Assembly (NCBI GenBank): GCA_937140905.1
Contig: CAKZQO010000053.1
Span: 1-62,366, forward strand
Source of the DNA: an uncultured Spirochaeta sp.
GTDB taxonomy: Bacteria > Spirochaetota > Spirochaetia > DTKZ01
DNA length: 62,366 nt
Direction: 5' to 3'
Below the pieces are notes generated by a model that had not been told where the DNA came from, ran no database searches, and was given only the letters and a program-made list of their open reading frames with translations. The position numbers were made by a program, and so were the translations under genes. This document shows, in pieces, positions 9,393-19,646 of this stretch (positions are counted from its first letter, which is position 1; each line of letters starts with the position of its first letter).

Positions 9393-11018
9393 ATGCTGTA
9401 TCCCGAACCCTTGAATATAGTACTCCCCATTCTCTTGGGAGCCCTCATTGGGTATGTGACCAACGCCATAGCCATTCGGATGCTTTTCCGTCCCCTTACC
9501 GAGTACCGGATAGGTCCTTTTAGGGTTCCCTTTACTCCTGGAGTCATTCCTAGACAACGTCACCAGTTGGCACAGAGCATCGCCCGGATGGTATCGAGGG
9601 AACTGTTGACCGAAGGAACCTTTCGGAAACGGCTGGAAGATCCTACGTTCCAGAAGAGGGTATATGAACGATTGGCGGACCTATCCGAAAGGCTCTTTTC
9701 TACTCCTTTGGGAAGTCTGATGGATGCGGTTCCAATGCCGGTACGGGAACTCGGTGTTTCCTTCATCCGCACAGTTTTACGGGAAGCTTTCCATGGGACA
9801 TCCCCATTCTCGTCCTCGAAAGGCTCTCCTCTTTCAAAGACTGTAGGCCCAGAAGCGGCAGTACCAGAACCAGCCGCACGGGATAGGCCCTTCCGAATCC
9901 TATTGGAGGAAACCCTAGAGCAAGTATGGGAGATTCCTCTTCCCGCCAAGGTCCCCGAGGGAATCTTTCGATGGATTCGAGAATCGAAAGGCGGACAGCG
10001 GTTCATTCAGAGAATCCGCCAATTAGCGCAGATGAAAATACAGAAAGGGATCACGCTTGGGGATCTAGTGGGGGAAGATCTTCATGCGGACAGGATTTAC
10101 TTTGTTTTAGAGCCCCTATATCCCAAAGTAGGATCCCTCATCGTACAGTTCCTTCGCACTCCAGAAGTAAAGAGGGCACTAGAAATCGAGGGACGTTTCC
10201 TTCTGCGGGAAATCTTATCCGAACTATCTTTCTTCCAGCGTTTATTGATCACCGCAGGGCAGTACGATCGTACCTTGGAAGAGCGGATGCCCTATATTGT
10301 AGAAGATGTAATTCAGGCCGTTGAACGGGCGAAGGATGAGGGCCCTATCAAGGAGAAAATACTTAAAGCCGTGGCAGAGGAACTAGAGAAGCTCCTCCAT
10401 CAACCCCTACTGATTCTGTATGAAAAGGCAGGTGGGAAAGGGATGGAGAACCTTTGGAAGATATTCGAACAGGGCATGGAACAGGGTCTATTAGAGATTC
10501 TAGGATCGATTCTGGTTTCCAATGAAAAACAAGATACTCCCATTGGGATTTGGGTATCTCATGTTTTCGGTATACCGCGTAGGGAGCTTACTCCCCGAAC
10601 TCTCGAGTTGATTCGGATGTGGCTCGTTCCTGCAGAGGTTCCAGGGGAAAGGGAACGTTCTACCATTGGGGAAGAGCTTCGAGCGATCTTTCGAAAGATG
10701 TGGGCTGTGCCAAGAAAAGTGTTGGGCGATAGAACATTGGGAGATCTGTTCCCTCTTACAAGGGAAGAAAAAAACAGTCTCGACCTCTTCCTAATTCGCA
10801 CCATATTCGATATACTTAGCTCCAAATTACCTAATATTCTTGCTGCATTGGACATAGAAGAACTGGTAACAAAACGGATCGACGAATTGGATATACGAGA
10901 AGTTGAAGAGCTCCTTCTGTCTGTGATTTCCCGGCACCTTCGGTGGATCAATGTATTTGGAGGGATTCTCGGTGCCCTCATTGGAGCTACGCAGGTCTTG
11001 GTACAGTATATAAAGTAG
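9393..11018 (+). CDS. DUF445 family membrane protein
   Basis: 541 aa. The N-terminal GYVTNAIAIRMLFRP...FTPGVIPR and C-terminal INVFGGILGALIG segments are typical of DUF445/YheB-like proteins. Confidence 0.78.
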   Translation: MLYPEPLNIVLPILLGALIGYVTNAIAIRMLFRPLTEYRIGPFRVPFTPGVIPRQRHQLAQSIARMVSRELLTEGTFRKRLEDPTFQKRVYERLADLSERLFSTPLGSLMDAVPMPVRELGVSFIRTVLREAFHGTSPFSSSKGSPLSKTVGPEAAVPEPAARDRPFRILLEETLEQVWEIPLPAKVPEGIFRWIRESKGGQRFIQRIRQLAQMKIQKGITLGDLVGEDLHADRIYFVLEPLYPKVGSLIVQFLRTPEVKRALEIEGRFLLREILSELSFFQRLLITAGQYDRTLEERMPYIVEDVIQAVERAKDEGPIKEKILKAVAEELEKLLHQPLLILYEKAGGKGMENLWKIFEQGMEQGLLEILGSILVSNEKQDTPIGIWVSHVFGIPRRELTPRTLELIRMWLVPAEVPGERERSTIGEELRAIFRKMWAVPRKVLGDRTLGDLFPLTREEKNSLDLFLIRTIFDILSSKLPNILAALDIEELVTKRIDELDIREVEELLLSVISRHLRWINVFGGILGALIGATQVLVQYIK

Positions 11019-12095
11019 GTGAGGAATCGTAATGTGAATATCATACACCTCCTCGTAATAGAAAAAGTAGACACCCTTGGTGATAGATTGCGAAAGGTTC
11101 TATCTTCAGAAGAGTTCCATATCACAACGGTCCATTCTATAAATGAGGCAGAGACGGTCTTGCAGGAACTTCCCCCAGACAAACCTGCAGGTATCCTACT
11201 GCTGCACCTGGAAGACGAGCCCTGGGAAGAGTTCGTTCGAGCTCTAAGGAAACGGTTCTTCTTGACCCCCCTCCAGCTTATAGTGGCAACCGAATCACTG
11301 GAAGGAATCCCATTGGAAGCAGGGGTAGATGATATTCTCCATCTCCCTATTTCGGATGAAGAATTGGCGGTGAGGGTACGAGCTGCTGGATTACGGTATC
11401 GGCGGCAGGTGCAACTGGTAGAAGAGAGGGAGTTTCTACGCAAAGCAGTGAAGCACGAGGAAGAACTAACTGCGAAAATCATGGACCAGAACCGAAAGCT
11501 GAAGCGAGCTTTCGAAGACATTGAACGGGTAAACGAAGAACTGGTGCGAGCAAACCGGGAATTGGAACGAATAGCCCGGCACGATGCTCTTTCTGGACTC
11601 TTGAACCGGATCACCTTATTCAATGCAGTAGATGCCGAAATCGAACGATCTCTCCGCACGGGGAGTCCCCTGAGTGGAATTATGATAGACATCGATCACT
11701 TTAAGAACATCAATGACAACTACGGGCATCAGTGTGGGGATGATGTGATCCGGATGATCGGAAGCTGGCTACTAGGAAACCTTCGAAAGTACGACTTGGC
11801 TGGACGGTATGGGGGGGAGGAGTTTTTCGTGGTTCTTCCCAATACTCGGTTGAATCATGCGGTGAAGATTGCCGAACGGTTCCGCAAGACGGTTCAATCC
11901 TACACGATCCAGTGTGACTCTCATTCGATCCAGATCACCGCTTCCATGGGAGTGGCGGAGTACAGGATGGGTGAGACCCGAGACATGTGGATCAACCGCT
12001 GCGATCGAGCCATGTATGTGGCCAAGCATAGGGGAAGAAATCAGGTAGTGGCGGACACCTTTCCCTTAGGGCATGACAGACATCTCGGGAGATGA
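11019..12095 (+). CDS. Diguanylate cyclase (GGDEF) with a degenerate N-terminal receiver-like domain
   Basis: 358 aa. Contains GGEEF, RHDALSGLLNR, and a coiled-coil linker. The receiver lacks the acidic pocket and phospho-Asp (LLLHLED). Confidence 0.85.
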   Translation: MRNRNVNIIHLLVIEKVDTLGDRLRKVLSSEEFHITTVHSINEAETVLQELPPDKPAGILLLHLEDEPWEEFVRALRKRFFLTPLQLIVATESLEGIPLEAGVDDILHLPISDEELAVRVRAAGLRYRRQVQLVEEREFLRKAVKHEEELTAKIMDQNRKLKRAFEDIERVNEELVRANRELERIARHDALSGLLNRITLFNAVDAEIERSLRTGSPLSGIMIDIDHFKNINDNYGHQCGDDVIRMIGSWLLGNLRKYDLAGRYGGEEFFVVLPNTRLNHAVKIAERFRKTVQSYTIQCDSHSIQITASMGVAEYRMGETRDMWINRCDRAMYVAKHRGRNQVVADTFPLGHDRHLGR

Positions 12096-13475
12096 AGCGT
12101 TTGGAATTCGAAGGATGAAGGTGCTTCCTTCCCCTGGAGTGCTTTCCAGACTTACTGTACCCCCATGAGCCAGAGCGATGTGCTTCACGATGGCCAATCC
12201 TAGTCCGGTTCCTCCTAGGGAACGACTGCGGGTCTTGTCGACCCGGTAGAATCGTTCGAAAATTCTACTCTGTTCCTCTTTGGGTATGCCTGGCCCCGTA
12301 TCCCGTACGGAGAAACAGATCTCTCTATCGATGGAATACGCAGTTACGACCACCTCGCTTCCTGGATTGCTGTATTTGATTGCGTTATCTACCAGGTTAA
12401 CCAAAGCCTGTACGATCAGTAAAGGATTTGCGTACACAGCCTCTTGAGTTCCCGATTGGATATCCAAACGGAGCGCGATTTGTTTTTCTTCCGCTTTGGT
12501 TTCCTCAAGAGTTTGCACCTCCGAAAAGATCTCATGAAGGGAGACCCACTCTTTTCGGATCGTCGTTTCCGCCTGTTCTAGCCGGGAGAGACTCAACAGG
12601 TCTTCGATTAGGGCATGGAGTCGAAGGGTTTGATTTTCAATGATAGAAAGGAACCGAACCGATTGCACGGGGTCTTGTAAGGCTCCTTCTTTCAAGGTTT
12701 CTACGAAACCGAGGATCGAAGTAATAGGAGTGCGGAGTTCGTGAGATACGTTGGCAACAAAATCCTTCCGCATTTCCTCCAGTTGTTTGAGACGAGTAAC
12801 ATCGTTCAAGACCAGCAACAGGTTCGATTCCTCTTCCTTCGATGAGGGTAGAAGGCTTCCATGGACCTGCAAGTATCGATTCTTACCTTCGCTGGGAAAA
12901 ACAAGAGTGTGTTCCTGGGTATCCTCCGATCGTCGGACGGACTGGATGAACCGGTAGAGCGCATCGCTTGGTATCACCTCGGATAGCCTTTTCCCCATGC
13001 ATTCTCTCGCTGGGAGTTTAGCTAGGGTTTCTGCCGCATGGTTCATCTGTTTGATCCGTTCTTCCCCATCCAAGAGAATCACCGCTTCTGACATTCCCTT
13101 GAGGATTCCTTCCAATTCGTTCCGCTGTAAGGCGATGGTATCGATTCGATTTTTCAGTTCCTTCGCCATCCAGGAAAGAGTCTCTCCTAATACCCGAAGC
13201 TCGTACGGGTTCTGGATGTGAAGATGGGGTTCCAAGTCACCCTGGGCGTACCGTTCCGCAACCCGCAGGATCTGAGTTAGGGGTCTTTCCCATTCCCTCA
13301 AGAGGGATACCAATAAGAGGCTATTTAACAGGACAAATAGGGCTCCTTGGAAGATCAGACCCCAAAGTAGTGCAGGACGAATGGAATAAACCAGTAGGCT
13401 TCCCAGAATAGTGAGGGTCAAAAAAAGGATGAAGGTCGTGTAGAGGTATCGAACTAAACTACGATTCACGATCAT
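12066..13475 (-). CDS. Sensor histidine kinase (PhoR-like: TM-HAMP-PAS-HisKA-HATPase)
   Basis: 469 aa. H-box FVANVSHELRTP, N-box NLVDNAIKYS, G-boxes DTGPGI and GGTGLGLAIV. Confidence 0.88.
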   Translation of the reverse strand: MIVNRSLVRYLYTTFILFLTLTILGSLLVYSIRPALLWGLIFQGALFVLLNSLLLVSLLREWERPLTQILRVAERYAQGDLEPHLHIQNPYELRVLGETLSWMAKELKNRIDTIALQRNELEGILKGMSEAVILLDGEERIKQMNHAAETLAKLPARECMGKRLSEVIPSDALYRFIQSVRRSEDTQEHTLVFPSEGKNRYLQVHGSLLPSSKEEESNLLLVLNDVTRLKQLEEMRKDFVANVSHELRTPITSILGFVETLKEGALQDPVQSVRFLSIIENQTLRLHALIEDLLSLSRLEQAETTIRKEWVSLHEIFSEVQTLEETKAEEKQIALRLDIQSGTQEAVYANPLLIVQALVNLVDNAIKYSNPGSEVVVTAYSIDREICFSVRDTGPGIPKEEQSRIFERFYRVDKTRSRSLGGTGLGLAIVKHIALAHGGTVSLESTPGEGSTFILRIPNASSPEMSVMP

Positions 13476-14154
13476 CCGGTTCCAGTTTATACCCTACCCC
13501 ACGAACAGTAACGATGCATCTCCCCCGGTTCATGAGTTTCTTCCTGAGAGACAGGATTTGCACGTCCACCGAGCGTTCAGTTACCGGATAGTCCTTTCCC
13601 TTAATTTCATCGATGATCTGAGCTCGACTATAGACCCAGCCTGGTTTCCGAGCCAACAGTTCTAAAAGGGCGAACTCTGTAGCAGATAACTCTACTTTTT
13701 GTCCGTCGACCTTCACCTGGTGTTGGTCTAGATCTATCTCGATCCCCTGCACCGAAAGGGTCCGGGGAGAAGGGGTTGGATCATTGTAGCGGCGCAAGGC
13801 TGCTCGGACTCGCGCCACCAGTACTTTGGGACTGAAGGGTTTGGTGATGTAGTCATCCGCTCCAATTTCGAGACCAATCACCATGTCGGTTTCTTCTGCT
13901 TTTGCCGTGAGCATGAGAATGGGAATGGAACCAAGACTATCCGATCCTTTGATTCGTTTGCATACCTCTAGTCCATTCAAACCAGGAAGCATCAAATCGA
14001 GGATGATACAATCCGGCGCATGACGATTCACCCAACGGAGAGCCTCCTCCCCATTCTGGACAGTTTTCACTTCGAATCCTTCTTTCTCTAGGTTGAACCG
14101 AACCAGTTCTAGGATATCTGGTTCGTCATCCACCACTAGAATCCGTTTTCTCAC
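13459..14154 (-). CDS. OmpR/PhoB-family response regulator
   Basis: REC domain (ILVVDDEPDI, IILDLMLPG, KPF) plus a winged-helix output domain (LTATEFALLELL...VRGVGYKL). I prefer GTG at 14154, preceded by AAGGAG, over the track start at 14208. Confidence 0.88.
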   Translation of the reverse strand: MRKRILVVDDEPDILELVRFNLEKEGFEVKTVQNGEEALRWVNRHAPDCIILDLMLPGLNGLEVCKRIKGSDSLGSIPILMLTAKAEETDMVIGLEIGADDYITKPFSPKVLVARVRAALRRYNDPTPSPRTLSVQGIEIDLDQHQVKVDGQKVELSATEFALLELLARKPGWVYSRAQIIDEIKGKDYPVTERSVDVQILSLRKKLMNRGRCIVTVRGVGYKLEPDDRES

Positions 14155-14243
14155 GTGGAAACTCCTTATCTGTCTGCATGACAGGAGCACGGCGCTCCGG
14201 TTGCACAATCCATCCAGTCTAGGGCATTATACGAAGGACGAGT

Positions 14244-15401
14244 ATGGAAACACAAGAGATAGGGTCCTTTTTACCCCGATTGGTCTTTACTGGTGGAGGC
14301 ACGGGAGGGCACGTATACCCTGGTTTGGCCGTGCTGGAAGAGCTCCGAAAGCGGGGAAACTATGCAGTGACGTGGATAGGTGCTAAAAAAGGGGTGGAAC
14401 GGACCCTTGTGGAGGAGGCGTCGGTACCATTTGTAGGAATTCCAGCAGGAAAGTTCCGAAGGGAGTTTTCCCTTAAAAACGTGACGGATCTGTTTCGAGT
14501 ACTGGGAGGAATTTTTGCATCGATTTATCATTTGAAACGCCTAAAGCCCCACCTTGTTTTCTCTAAAGGAGGATTCGTGTCAGTCCCTCCTGTACTGGCG
14601 GCTTTTATGTTGAAGATACCTGTAGTAGCCCATGAATCCGATCTGGATCCAGGCCTGGCAACTAGGATTGCTCTGCCCCTAGCGCGGAAGCTGTTGGTTC
14701 CTTTCTCGGAATCGGTAGAACTGTACCCGAACCGGTTTCGGTCCAAAATCGTGATAACAGGGAACCCTGTGAGGGAGGCAATATACCGGGGCAACGCGGA
14801 GGAAGGGAGGAAATTATTAGGATTCGTGAAGGATAAGCCAATTCTTCTCGTGCTGGGAGGTAGTCAGGGAGCAATGGAAATAAATCGGCTAGTTTGGTCC
14901 TCCTTGCAAGAACTGTTGAAGGATTTTCAAGTGGTTCACCAGGTAGGACCCCTCCATACGGATGCACCCGAGCTCAAAGAGAGTCTCCACCTATCCGGGT
15001 ATGTTGCCAAAGGGTATTTCAAGGAAGAACTTCCCCATGTGCTAGCCGCAGCGGATGGGGTGGTTTCTCGAGCGGGAGCAGGCACCCTATGGGAACTGGC
15101 CGCCCTCTGTAAACCGATGCTCCTGATCCCCCTACGAGGCACGGGAACTCGGGGCGATCAAGTGCGAAACGCAAGACTGTTCGAGTTGCACGGATGGGCA
15201 AGAGCACTCTATGATGAACCGATTGCAAGGGAACAATTCCTTGCGGAAGTACGTTCCCTATTCGAGAAAGAAGGGGGGGATACCTTCCGTGCAAGCTTGA
15301 AACAGTTGGATGTTCAAGGAGCAGCAGACAGGATCGTTCGAATTCTACAAGAGGTAATACAGGAGGGGATGGAGCAAAACAGATGGAATGGAATACGTTA
15401 G
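14244..15401 (+). CDS. murG: UDP-N-acetylglucosamine--N-acetylmuramyl-(pentapeptide) pyrophosphoryl-undecaprenol GlcNAc transferase
   Basis: 385 aa with GGGTGGHVYPGLAV, HESD and SRAGAGTLWELA motifs. Confidence 0.92.
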   Translation: METQEIGSFLPRLVFTGGGTGGHVYPGLAVLEELRKRGNYAVTWIGAKKGVERTLVEEASVPFVGIPAGKFRREFSLKNVTDLFRVLGGIFASIYHLKRLKPHLVFSKGGFVSVPPVLAAFMLKIPVVAHESDLDPGLATRIALPLARKLLVPFSESVELYPNRFRSKIVITGNPVREAIYRGNAEEGRKLLGFVKDKPILLVLGGSQGAMEINRLVWSSLQELLKDFQVVHQVGPLHTDAPELKESLHLSGYVAKGYFKEELPHVLAAADGVVSRAGAGTLWELAALCKPMLLIPLRGTGTRGDQVRNARLFELHGWARALYDEPIAREQFLAEVRSLFEKEGGDTFRASLKQLDVQGAADRIVRILQEVIQEGMEQNRWNGIR

Positions 15402-15856
15402 ATGTGATTTTTGGGATCCTTCTTCTCTTTTTCAGTCTGAGAGGAGTGCTACGGGGCTTTGTAGGGGAGGTATTCTCCGTGGGGGCAGTGGCATTGGGAC
15501 TAGGAGCGGGGTATTTTTTTGGCCCCCATTTTGCACAAGTCGCCGCACAAACCTTTCATATACCTGGATGGGGGAGTGTAGTGGCTTTTTTGGGCGTGTT
15601 TCTCCTCGTGTATGTCCTGTTGAAGATCATCGAAAGACTTTTTCGTGGGTTCATCGAGACTCTACATCTTCAGAACCTGGACAAAGCGTTGGGACTATTC
15701 CTGGGAATAGGGGAAGGGTTAATTCTCATCCTTCTCCTCTTATGGGGTTTGCGGGTGCAACCGATCTTCGATGCGAAAGCCTTGTTGGAAGGGAGCTTGA
15801 TCGCCAGGTTCCTTCTTCCCCTGTCGCATTCCCTCTTAAAGAAAATCCCTTCCTAA
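15383..15856 (+). CDS. cvpA: CvpA family membrane protein
   Basis: 157 aa with four TM helices. N-terminal LDVIFGILLLFFSLRGVLRGF is typical of CvpA. Confidence 0.75.
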   Translation: MEWNTLDVIFGILLLFFSLRGVLRGFVGEVFSVGAVALGLGAGYFFGPHFAQVAAQTFHIPGWGSVVAFLGVFLLVYVLLKIIERLFRGFIETLHLQNLDKALGLFLGIGEGLILILLLLWGLRVQPIFDAKALLEGSLIARFLLPLSHSLLKKIPS

Positions 15857-15869
15857 AAGGTTCAGTGGT

Positions 15870-17075
15870 ATGTTTGAGAATATCCTGCACCAGGCAGAAG
15901 TGGTAGGTAGGCTAAAACAGGATCTCGAAGGGAGTACTCTACCTCCTTCCCTTTTATTTTCGGGCCCTTTGTATTCCGGGAAACTATCCACCGCGTTGGA
16001 GTTGGCTAGGGTATTGAGCTGTGAAGAAAGGTTGGGAGAATGGAACTGTTCTTGCAAATCCTGCGAAGCTCATCGATTACTTCTAGCCACGAACCTAGTC
16101 TTCTTGGGAGGGCGATACTTTACCGCTGAAGTAGCGGCTTGTTGTGACACCTTGTCCCGCACAATGAACCTATCGGGTCGGTATCTATTTGCTCGGTCCG
16201 TGCGAAAGCTTACACGCCGGTTCGATAGCTTGCTGTGGGAAGGGGAGGAATCGAGACTTTCTAGAATTGCCTCTTACTTATCAAGATTGGATGAACTAGC
16301 CTACGACTTAGGGCCCAATGGATCTCCATTGCCCCCTCCTCAAGAGTTGAACAAGCGATTGGAAGAGGCGGTTACCCTCGTAAGAAAGGTGGAGGATTCC
16401 ATCTCGGTAGTGTCAGTTCCCGTCGGGATGATACGCAGGGTAGCCGCTTGGGCACATCTAAAGGGAACGGAACCCACGAAGGTGATCGTTTTGGAGAACG
16501 CAGATCGGTTACTGGACGCTGCGCGGAACGCGTTGCTGAAACTCCTGGAAGAACCTCCATCTTCCGTGTACCTTATCCTTACCACTACCCGGAAGAATGC
16601 CATTATACCCACGATTCTCTCTAGAGTTCGGACGTACACGTTTCAACCAAGGGTAGGTACCTCTGCCCTGGAAGTATTGGAGCGGATTTTTAAGGTGTCC
16701 TCTCCGGAATGTCAGGACTTGGAGTCCTTTTTTCTCCTGTTCCAGGGTGTCAAAGCTAGCACCTTGCGAGGACATGCGGTGCAGTTCCTGAAAAGTGCCT
16801 GGGGAGAGGAAAAGGAACTGTCCCCAGAGATAGTTACAGATCTTTTTCAGGATAGGGAGAAATTTCGTCTTTTCCTCCAAGAACTTGTTGCGGTGTTACA
16901 TGAAATCCTTCGAAAAAAAACCTTTCCCGAAGTTTCGTATTTGCCATCGCTATCCCAAATGGAAGATTGGATAGAACTTATTCGAAAATCGGTTGAATCC
17001 TTGGAGGTGTTAAACGTTCATCCCTTGCTTCTTGGGGAACGAATTTTCCTTCGCATGAGGAGGAGTCATGCGTAA
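15870..17075 (+). CDS. holB: DNA polymerase III delta-prime subunit-like protein
   Basis: 401 aa. Degenerate P-loop LLFSGPLYSGKLS, a Zn-module C..C..C, and the sensor region VIVLENADRL...ARNALLKLLEEPP. Confidence 0.72.
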   Translation: MFENILHQAEVVGRLKQDLEGSTLPPSLLFSGPLYSGKLSTALELARVLSCEERLGEWNCSCKSCEAHRLLLATNLVFLGGRYFTAEVAACCDTLSRTMNLSGRYLFARSVRKLTRRFDSLLWEGEESRLSRIASYLSRLDELAYDLGPNGSPLPPPQELNKRLEEAVTLVRKVEDSISVVSVPVGMIRRVAAWAHLKGTEPTKVIVLENADRLLDAARNALLKLLEEPPSSVYLILTTTRKNAIIPTILSRVRTYTFQPRVGTSALEVLERIFKVSSPECQDLESFFLLFQGVKASTLRGHAVQFLKSAWGEEKELSPEIVTDLFQDREKFRLFLQELVAVLHEILRKKTFPEVSYLPSLSQMEDWIELIRKSVESLEVLNVHPLLLGERIFLRMRRSHA

Positions 17076-18255
17076 GTTCATCCAAAAAGCATTGGAAAAG
17101 ATAGAGAAACTCGATAGTCAACAGATCCAAAAGCTGGTTTCTGATCTGGCCCAGGAAAATGAGCGGCTGGAGGTAGTGCTGGAGTCCATGACGGATGGAA
17201 TCATGGTGACGGATACGGAGAATCGATTGGTGTTGTACAATAAATCCGCTGAACGACTCATACCCTTTGTATCCGTACCAGAAGTCTACGAGCGTAAAGT
17301 CTGGGCGGTCATCGCCGATATCGAAATTTCCGATTTCGTTAAGTCTGTACTGGAACACCAGGAAACTGTTCGGGATCGAGAGTTTTCCATCCGAGTTGGA
17401 GGAGAGCCTCGGACCCTTTCCTGCTCTGTTCTCCCTCTGGTGCGGAATGGGAAGATCCAAGGGAACCTGTTCCACATTGAAGACGTAACGGAGAAACGAG
17501 CGAAAGAGATACGTCTTCGTCGGGCGGAGAGTCTCGCTTCCCTCACTACCCTGGCAGCAGGGGTAGCGCATGAAATCAAGAATCCTCTTGGGGCGATCGG
17601 TATTCATATTCAATTGATCAAGAAGTCCCTTCAGGGGAAGGGTAGGGTAGGGAAACGGGCCCTGATGAAGCATCTGGACGTGGTAACCGAGGAGGTAGAG
17701 AGACTTAATAAGATTGTTGTGGACTTTCTCTTTGCGGTTCGGCCCATGGATGCCCATCTTGAACTGAGGGATCTCAATGGGATCCTTCTGGACCTAGTCA
17801 AATTCGTCGAGGTAGAGACCGCGCAAGGGGATGTAAAACTGAATGTGGAGTTAGCGGAAGGCTTGCCAAGACTTCTCCTGGATGAAAAATATATCAAACA
17901 GGCGGTCTTGAATCTTGTGAAGAACTCCCTTTCCGCCATGCCACAGGGAGGGGTGTTGACTATTCGGACCGAGAGAAAAGGAGATTACGTACGGTTACAG
18001 GTTATGGACACGGGAATTGGGATCCCACCGGAATACCTGGACAAAATATTCGAACCCTACTTTACTACAAAGGAGTTTGGGTCAGGATTGGGGCTGACGA
18101 TTGTGTACAAGATCGTCAAAGAGCATAAAGGGGAAATAACGGTCGATTCAGAGCCTGGAAGGGGAACTACCTTCACCATCAAGTTCCCAATCCCACAACC
18201 AGAACGGCAATTGATCGATTACCGACAAGAGGTGCCAGAGGGGGTTGCGACATGA
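17068..18255 (+). CDS. PAS-domain sensor histidine kinase (NtrB/AtoS-like, cytoplasmic)
   Basis: 395 aa. H-box AAGVAHEIKNPL, N-box NLVKNSLSAM, G-boxes DTGIGI and GSGLGL. Confidence 0.88.
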   Translation: MRKFIQKALEKIEKLDSQQIQKLVSDLAQENERLEVVLESMTDGIMVTDTENRLVLYNKSAERLIPFVSVPEVYERKVWAVIADIEISDFVKSVLEHQETVRDREFSIRVGGEPRTLSCSVLPLVRNGKIQGNLFHIEDVTEKRAKEIRLRRAESLASLTTLAAGVAHEIKNPLGAIGIHIQLIKKSLQGKGRVGKRALMKHLDVVTEEVERLNKIVVDFLFAVRPMDAHLELRDLNGILLDLVKFVEVETAQGDVKLNVELAEGLPRLLLDEKYIKQAVLNLVKNSLSAMPQGGVLTIRTERKGDYVRLQVMDTGIGIPPEYLDKIFEPYFTTKEFGSGLGLTIVYKIVKEHKGEITVDSEPGRGTTFTIKFPIPQPERQLIDYRQEVPEGVAT

Positions 18256-19646
18256 AATTCCATATCCTCATCGCAGACGATGAAAAGAACATCCGGGAAG
18301 GCTTGGGCCAAGCCCTTGAATTGGATGGGTATCGTACCTTTCTGGCAGAGGATGGGGAGGCAGCGTGGCGGATCTTTCAGGATGAGGAAATAGATCTGGT
18401 GATCACCGATCTAAAGATGCCCAAGATTTCGGGAGAAGAGCTCCTGCGTCGGATAACAGCCGAGCAGCCTACCGTTCCGGTTATCATCCTAACAGGACAC
18501 GGCACAATAGAATCGGCAGTAAAAGCGATGCGGGATGGGGCATACGACTTTCTCACCAAACCCATCAATCTAGATCGATTGTCTCTACTGGTAAAGCGGG
18601 CCCTCTCCAACCGGGAACTAGTGCTCCAGCATCGGGCTATGCAGGAGGAACTGGAAAAGAAACGGGGGTTTTCTAACATTATTGGCGTTAGCCCTGCCAT
18701 GCGGAAGATTTACGAGATCGTCCGTCAGGTGGCTCCCACCAAGGCCTCTGTGCTCATCACGGGGGAGAGTGGGGTGGGAAAAGAATTGATTGCCGATGCC
18801 ATCCATAATTTATCTAACCGGAAGGACAAACCCTTCATCAAAGTCCACTGTGCCGCCCTCACGGAGACCTTGTTGGAAAGCGAGCTCTTTGGGCATGAGA
18901 AGGGGGCCTTTACGGGGGCGATTTCTAGGAAACGGGGCCGTTTCGAATTGGCTCATACAGGGACGATCTTTCTGGATGAAATCGGAGAGATCAACCAGAG
19001 TGTCCAGATCAAGATTCTTCGGGTTCTACAGGAAAAGAAATTCGAACGGGTTGGAGGAGAGGAAACGATCGAGGTGGATGTCCGGATCATTTCCGCCACG
19101 AACAAGGATCTGAAAGCTGAGATCGCCGCAGGAAGGTTCCGGGAAGACCTGTACTACCGGCTGAATGTAGTGAACATCCACATCCCTCCCCTTCGGGAAC
19201 GAAAGGAAGATATTCCCCTTTTGGTGGCAGCATTTTTAAAAGAGTTCGCCAAGGAAAACGGGAAACAGATAGAGGGAATTGACCCCAAGGCTAGAGCCGC
19301 CCTATACAACTACTCCTGGCCAGGAAACGTTCGGGAACTGCGGAACTGTATCGAAAGTGCGGTGGTTCTTTGCAAGGGACAATTCATCACGCTAGATGAT
19401 CTGCCACCCTTCCTCCGAACGGGAGCGGATGAAAACTACGTGAAGATCTCTCTCGGAACAACCCTATCAGAGGCGGAAAAAGAGATTATCCAGGCTAACT
19501 TAAGTTATTTTCGTGGGAACAAATCGAAGACTGCTGAAGTACTTGGAATAGGCCGGAAAACCCTGCATAGAAAATTGAAAGAGTATGGAATAGAAGATCT
19601 TCAGATGGAAGAACAGGAAGAAGTAGAAAAAGAGGAAGTGGAATGA
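18252..19646 (+). CDS. Sigma54-dependent response regulator (NtrC family)
   Basis: 464 aa. REC domain, then an AAA+ domain (GESGVGKE, GAFTGA, ESELFGHEKGAFTGA), then a Fis-type HTH. Overlaps the kinase gene by 4 nt. Confidence 0.92.
   Translation: MKFHILIADDEKNIREGLGQALELDGYRTFLAEDGEAAWRIFQDEEIDLVITDLKMPKISGEELLRRITAEQPTVPVIILTGHGTIESAVKAMRDGAYDFLTKPINLDRLSLLVKRALSNRELVLQHRAMQEELEKKRGFSNIIGVSPAMRKIYEIVRQVAPTKASVLITGESGVGKELIADAIHNLSNRKDKPFIKVHCAALTETLLESELFGHEKGAFTGAISRKRGRFELAHTGTIFLDEIGEINQSVQIKILRVLQEKKFERVGGEETIEVDVRIISATNKDLKAEIAAGRFREDLYYRLNVVNIHIPPLRERKEDIPLLVAAFLKEFAKENGKQIEGIDPKARAALYNYSWPGNVRELRNCIESAVVLCKGQFITLDDLPPFLRTGADENYVKISLGTTLSEAEKEIIQANLSYFRGNKSKTAEVLGIGRKTLHRKLKEYGIEDLQMEEQEEVEKEEVE

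Noticed and set aside
10559-11692. 377-aa minus-strand ORF
   Set aside because: It is antisense to the DUF445 and GGDEF genes. Its low-complexity Ser/Arg-rich translation is typical of a shadow ORF.
15388-15906. 172-aa plus-strand ORF overlapping cvpA in another frame
   Set aside because: The CvpA frame gives a clean 4-TM protein. This frame is Arg/Gly/Ser-rich with no family features.
16978-17757. 259-aa minus-strand ORF
   Set aside because: It is antisense to the holB end and the PAS kinase gene, both of which have clear motifs.
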